Positions 63,470 to 64,000 of a DNA stretch of 64,000 nt are shown here, piece by piece. Position 1 is the first letter of the stretch; each line of letters starts with the position of its first letter. The DNA comes from Isurus oxyrinchus. Lineage: Eukaryota. Where the stretch lies: contig JANJGN010000052.1 in assembly GCA_026770705.1 (NCBI GenBank), positions 372,001-436,000 of the forward strand. Reading direction: 5' to 3'. A program made the position numbers and the translations under genes. The notes under the pieces were generated by a model. The model did no database searches and was not told where the DNA came from. It was given only the letters and a program-made list of their open reading frames with translations.

Positions 63470-63551
63470 CTGGTGCTTCACAGAGAGTGAACTGGGGCTC
63501 AATGCAATGTCACTGGTCCCTGAAACTCTCTCCTCCATCGCTGTCTTTCTC
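63470..63551 (-). CDS. Gene D: proximal juxtamembrane cytoplasmic exon (RKTAMEERVSGTSDIALSPSSLSVKHQ)
   Basis: 82 bp, phase 2 to 0, intact splice sites. Confidence 0.8.
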
Positions 63552-64000
63552 CTGCAATAACACAATATCACACTGTGGTTATCATATAGCAGAGAGTCAG
63601 TGCAGCACAGACACAGAGCCCACTGTTAGCTTACACCAACGACTGGACTGTCTCTTTAAATCACTTCTGCACAAAGCACAGAATCAAGAAGCTTGACACC
63701 ATCCACAACAAAGCAGCTCGATTGATCAACACCCCATCCACCACATTAAACATTCACTCCCTCCACCACGAACACACAGTGGCAGCAGTGTGTGTACCAT
63801 CTACAAGATGCACTGCAGCAACTCAGCAAGGCTCCTTCAACAGCACCTTCCAAACCCACGACCTCTACCATCTAGAAGGACAAGGGCAGCAGACACATGG
63901 GAACACCACCACCTGGAAGTTCCCCTCCAAGTCACTCACCATCCTGACTTGGAAATATATCACCGTTCCTTCACTGTCGCTGGGTCAAAATCCTGGAACT

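Overview
Vertebrate genomic DNA, most likely a cartilaginous fish (shark), inferred from its CR1, L2, Penelope and tRNA-SINE-type repeats. The minus strand carries a tandem cluster of Siglec-like (CD22/MAG/CD33-type) Ig-superfamily receptor genes, reconstructed by hand from GT-AG sites and exon phases. In transcription order (high to low coordinates): gene D, of which only the 3' end is visible, with two tandem copies of a two-exon cytoplasmic tail (one ITIM+ITSM, one with a broken ITIM); gene C, apparently complete (leader, Arg-less V-set, four C2 domains, uncharged TM, multi-exon tail with three YxN motifs ending in ITIM-like SVYGNL); gene B, a pseudogene (frameshifted leader and V, half a C2 exon) with an intact Arg-containing TM and short tail, the activating-receptor signature; and gene A (leader, two tandem V-set exons, D2, at least three C2 exons), which runs off the low end. 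Together they look like a paired activating/inhibitory Siglec-like system built by exon duplication and shuffling. Several key TM and cytoplasmic exons are missing from, or in the wrong frame in, the ORF track. The rest is retroelement fragments, TE-derived minisatellites, local duplications and N gaps. Repeat boundaries are approximate.
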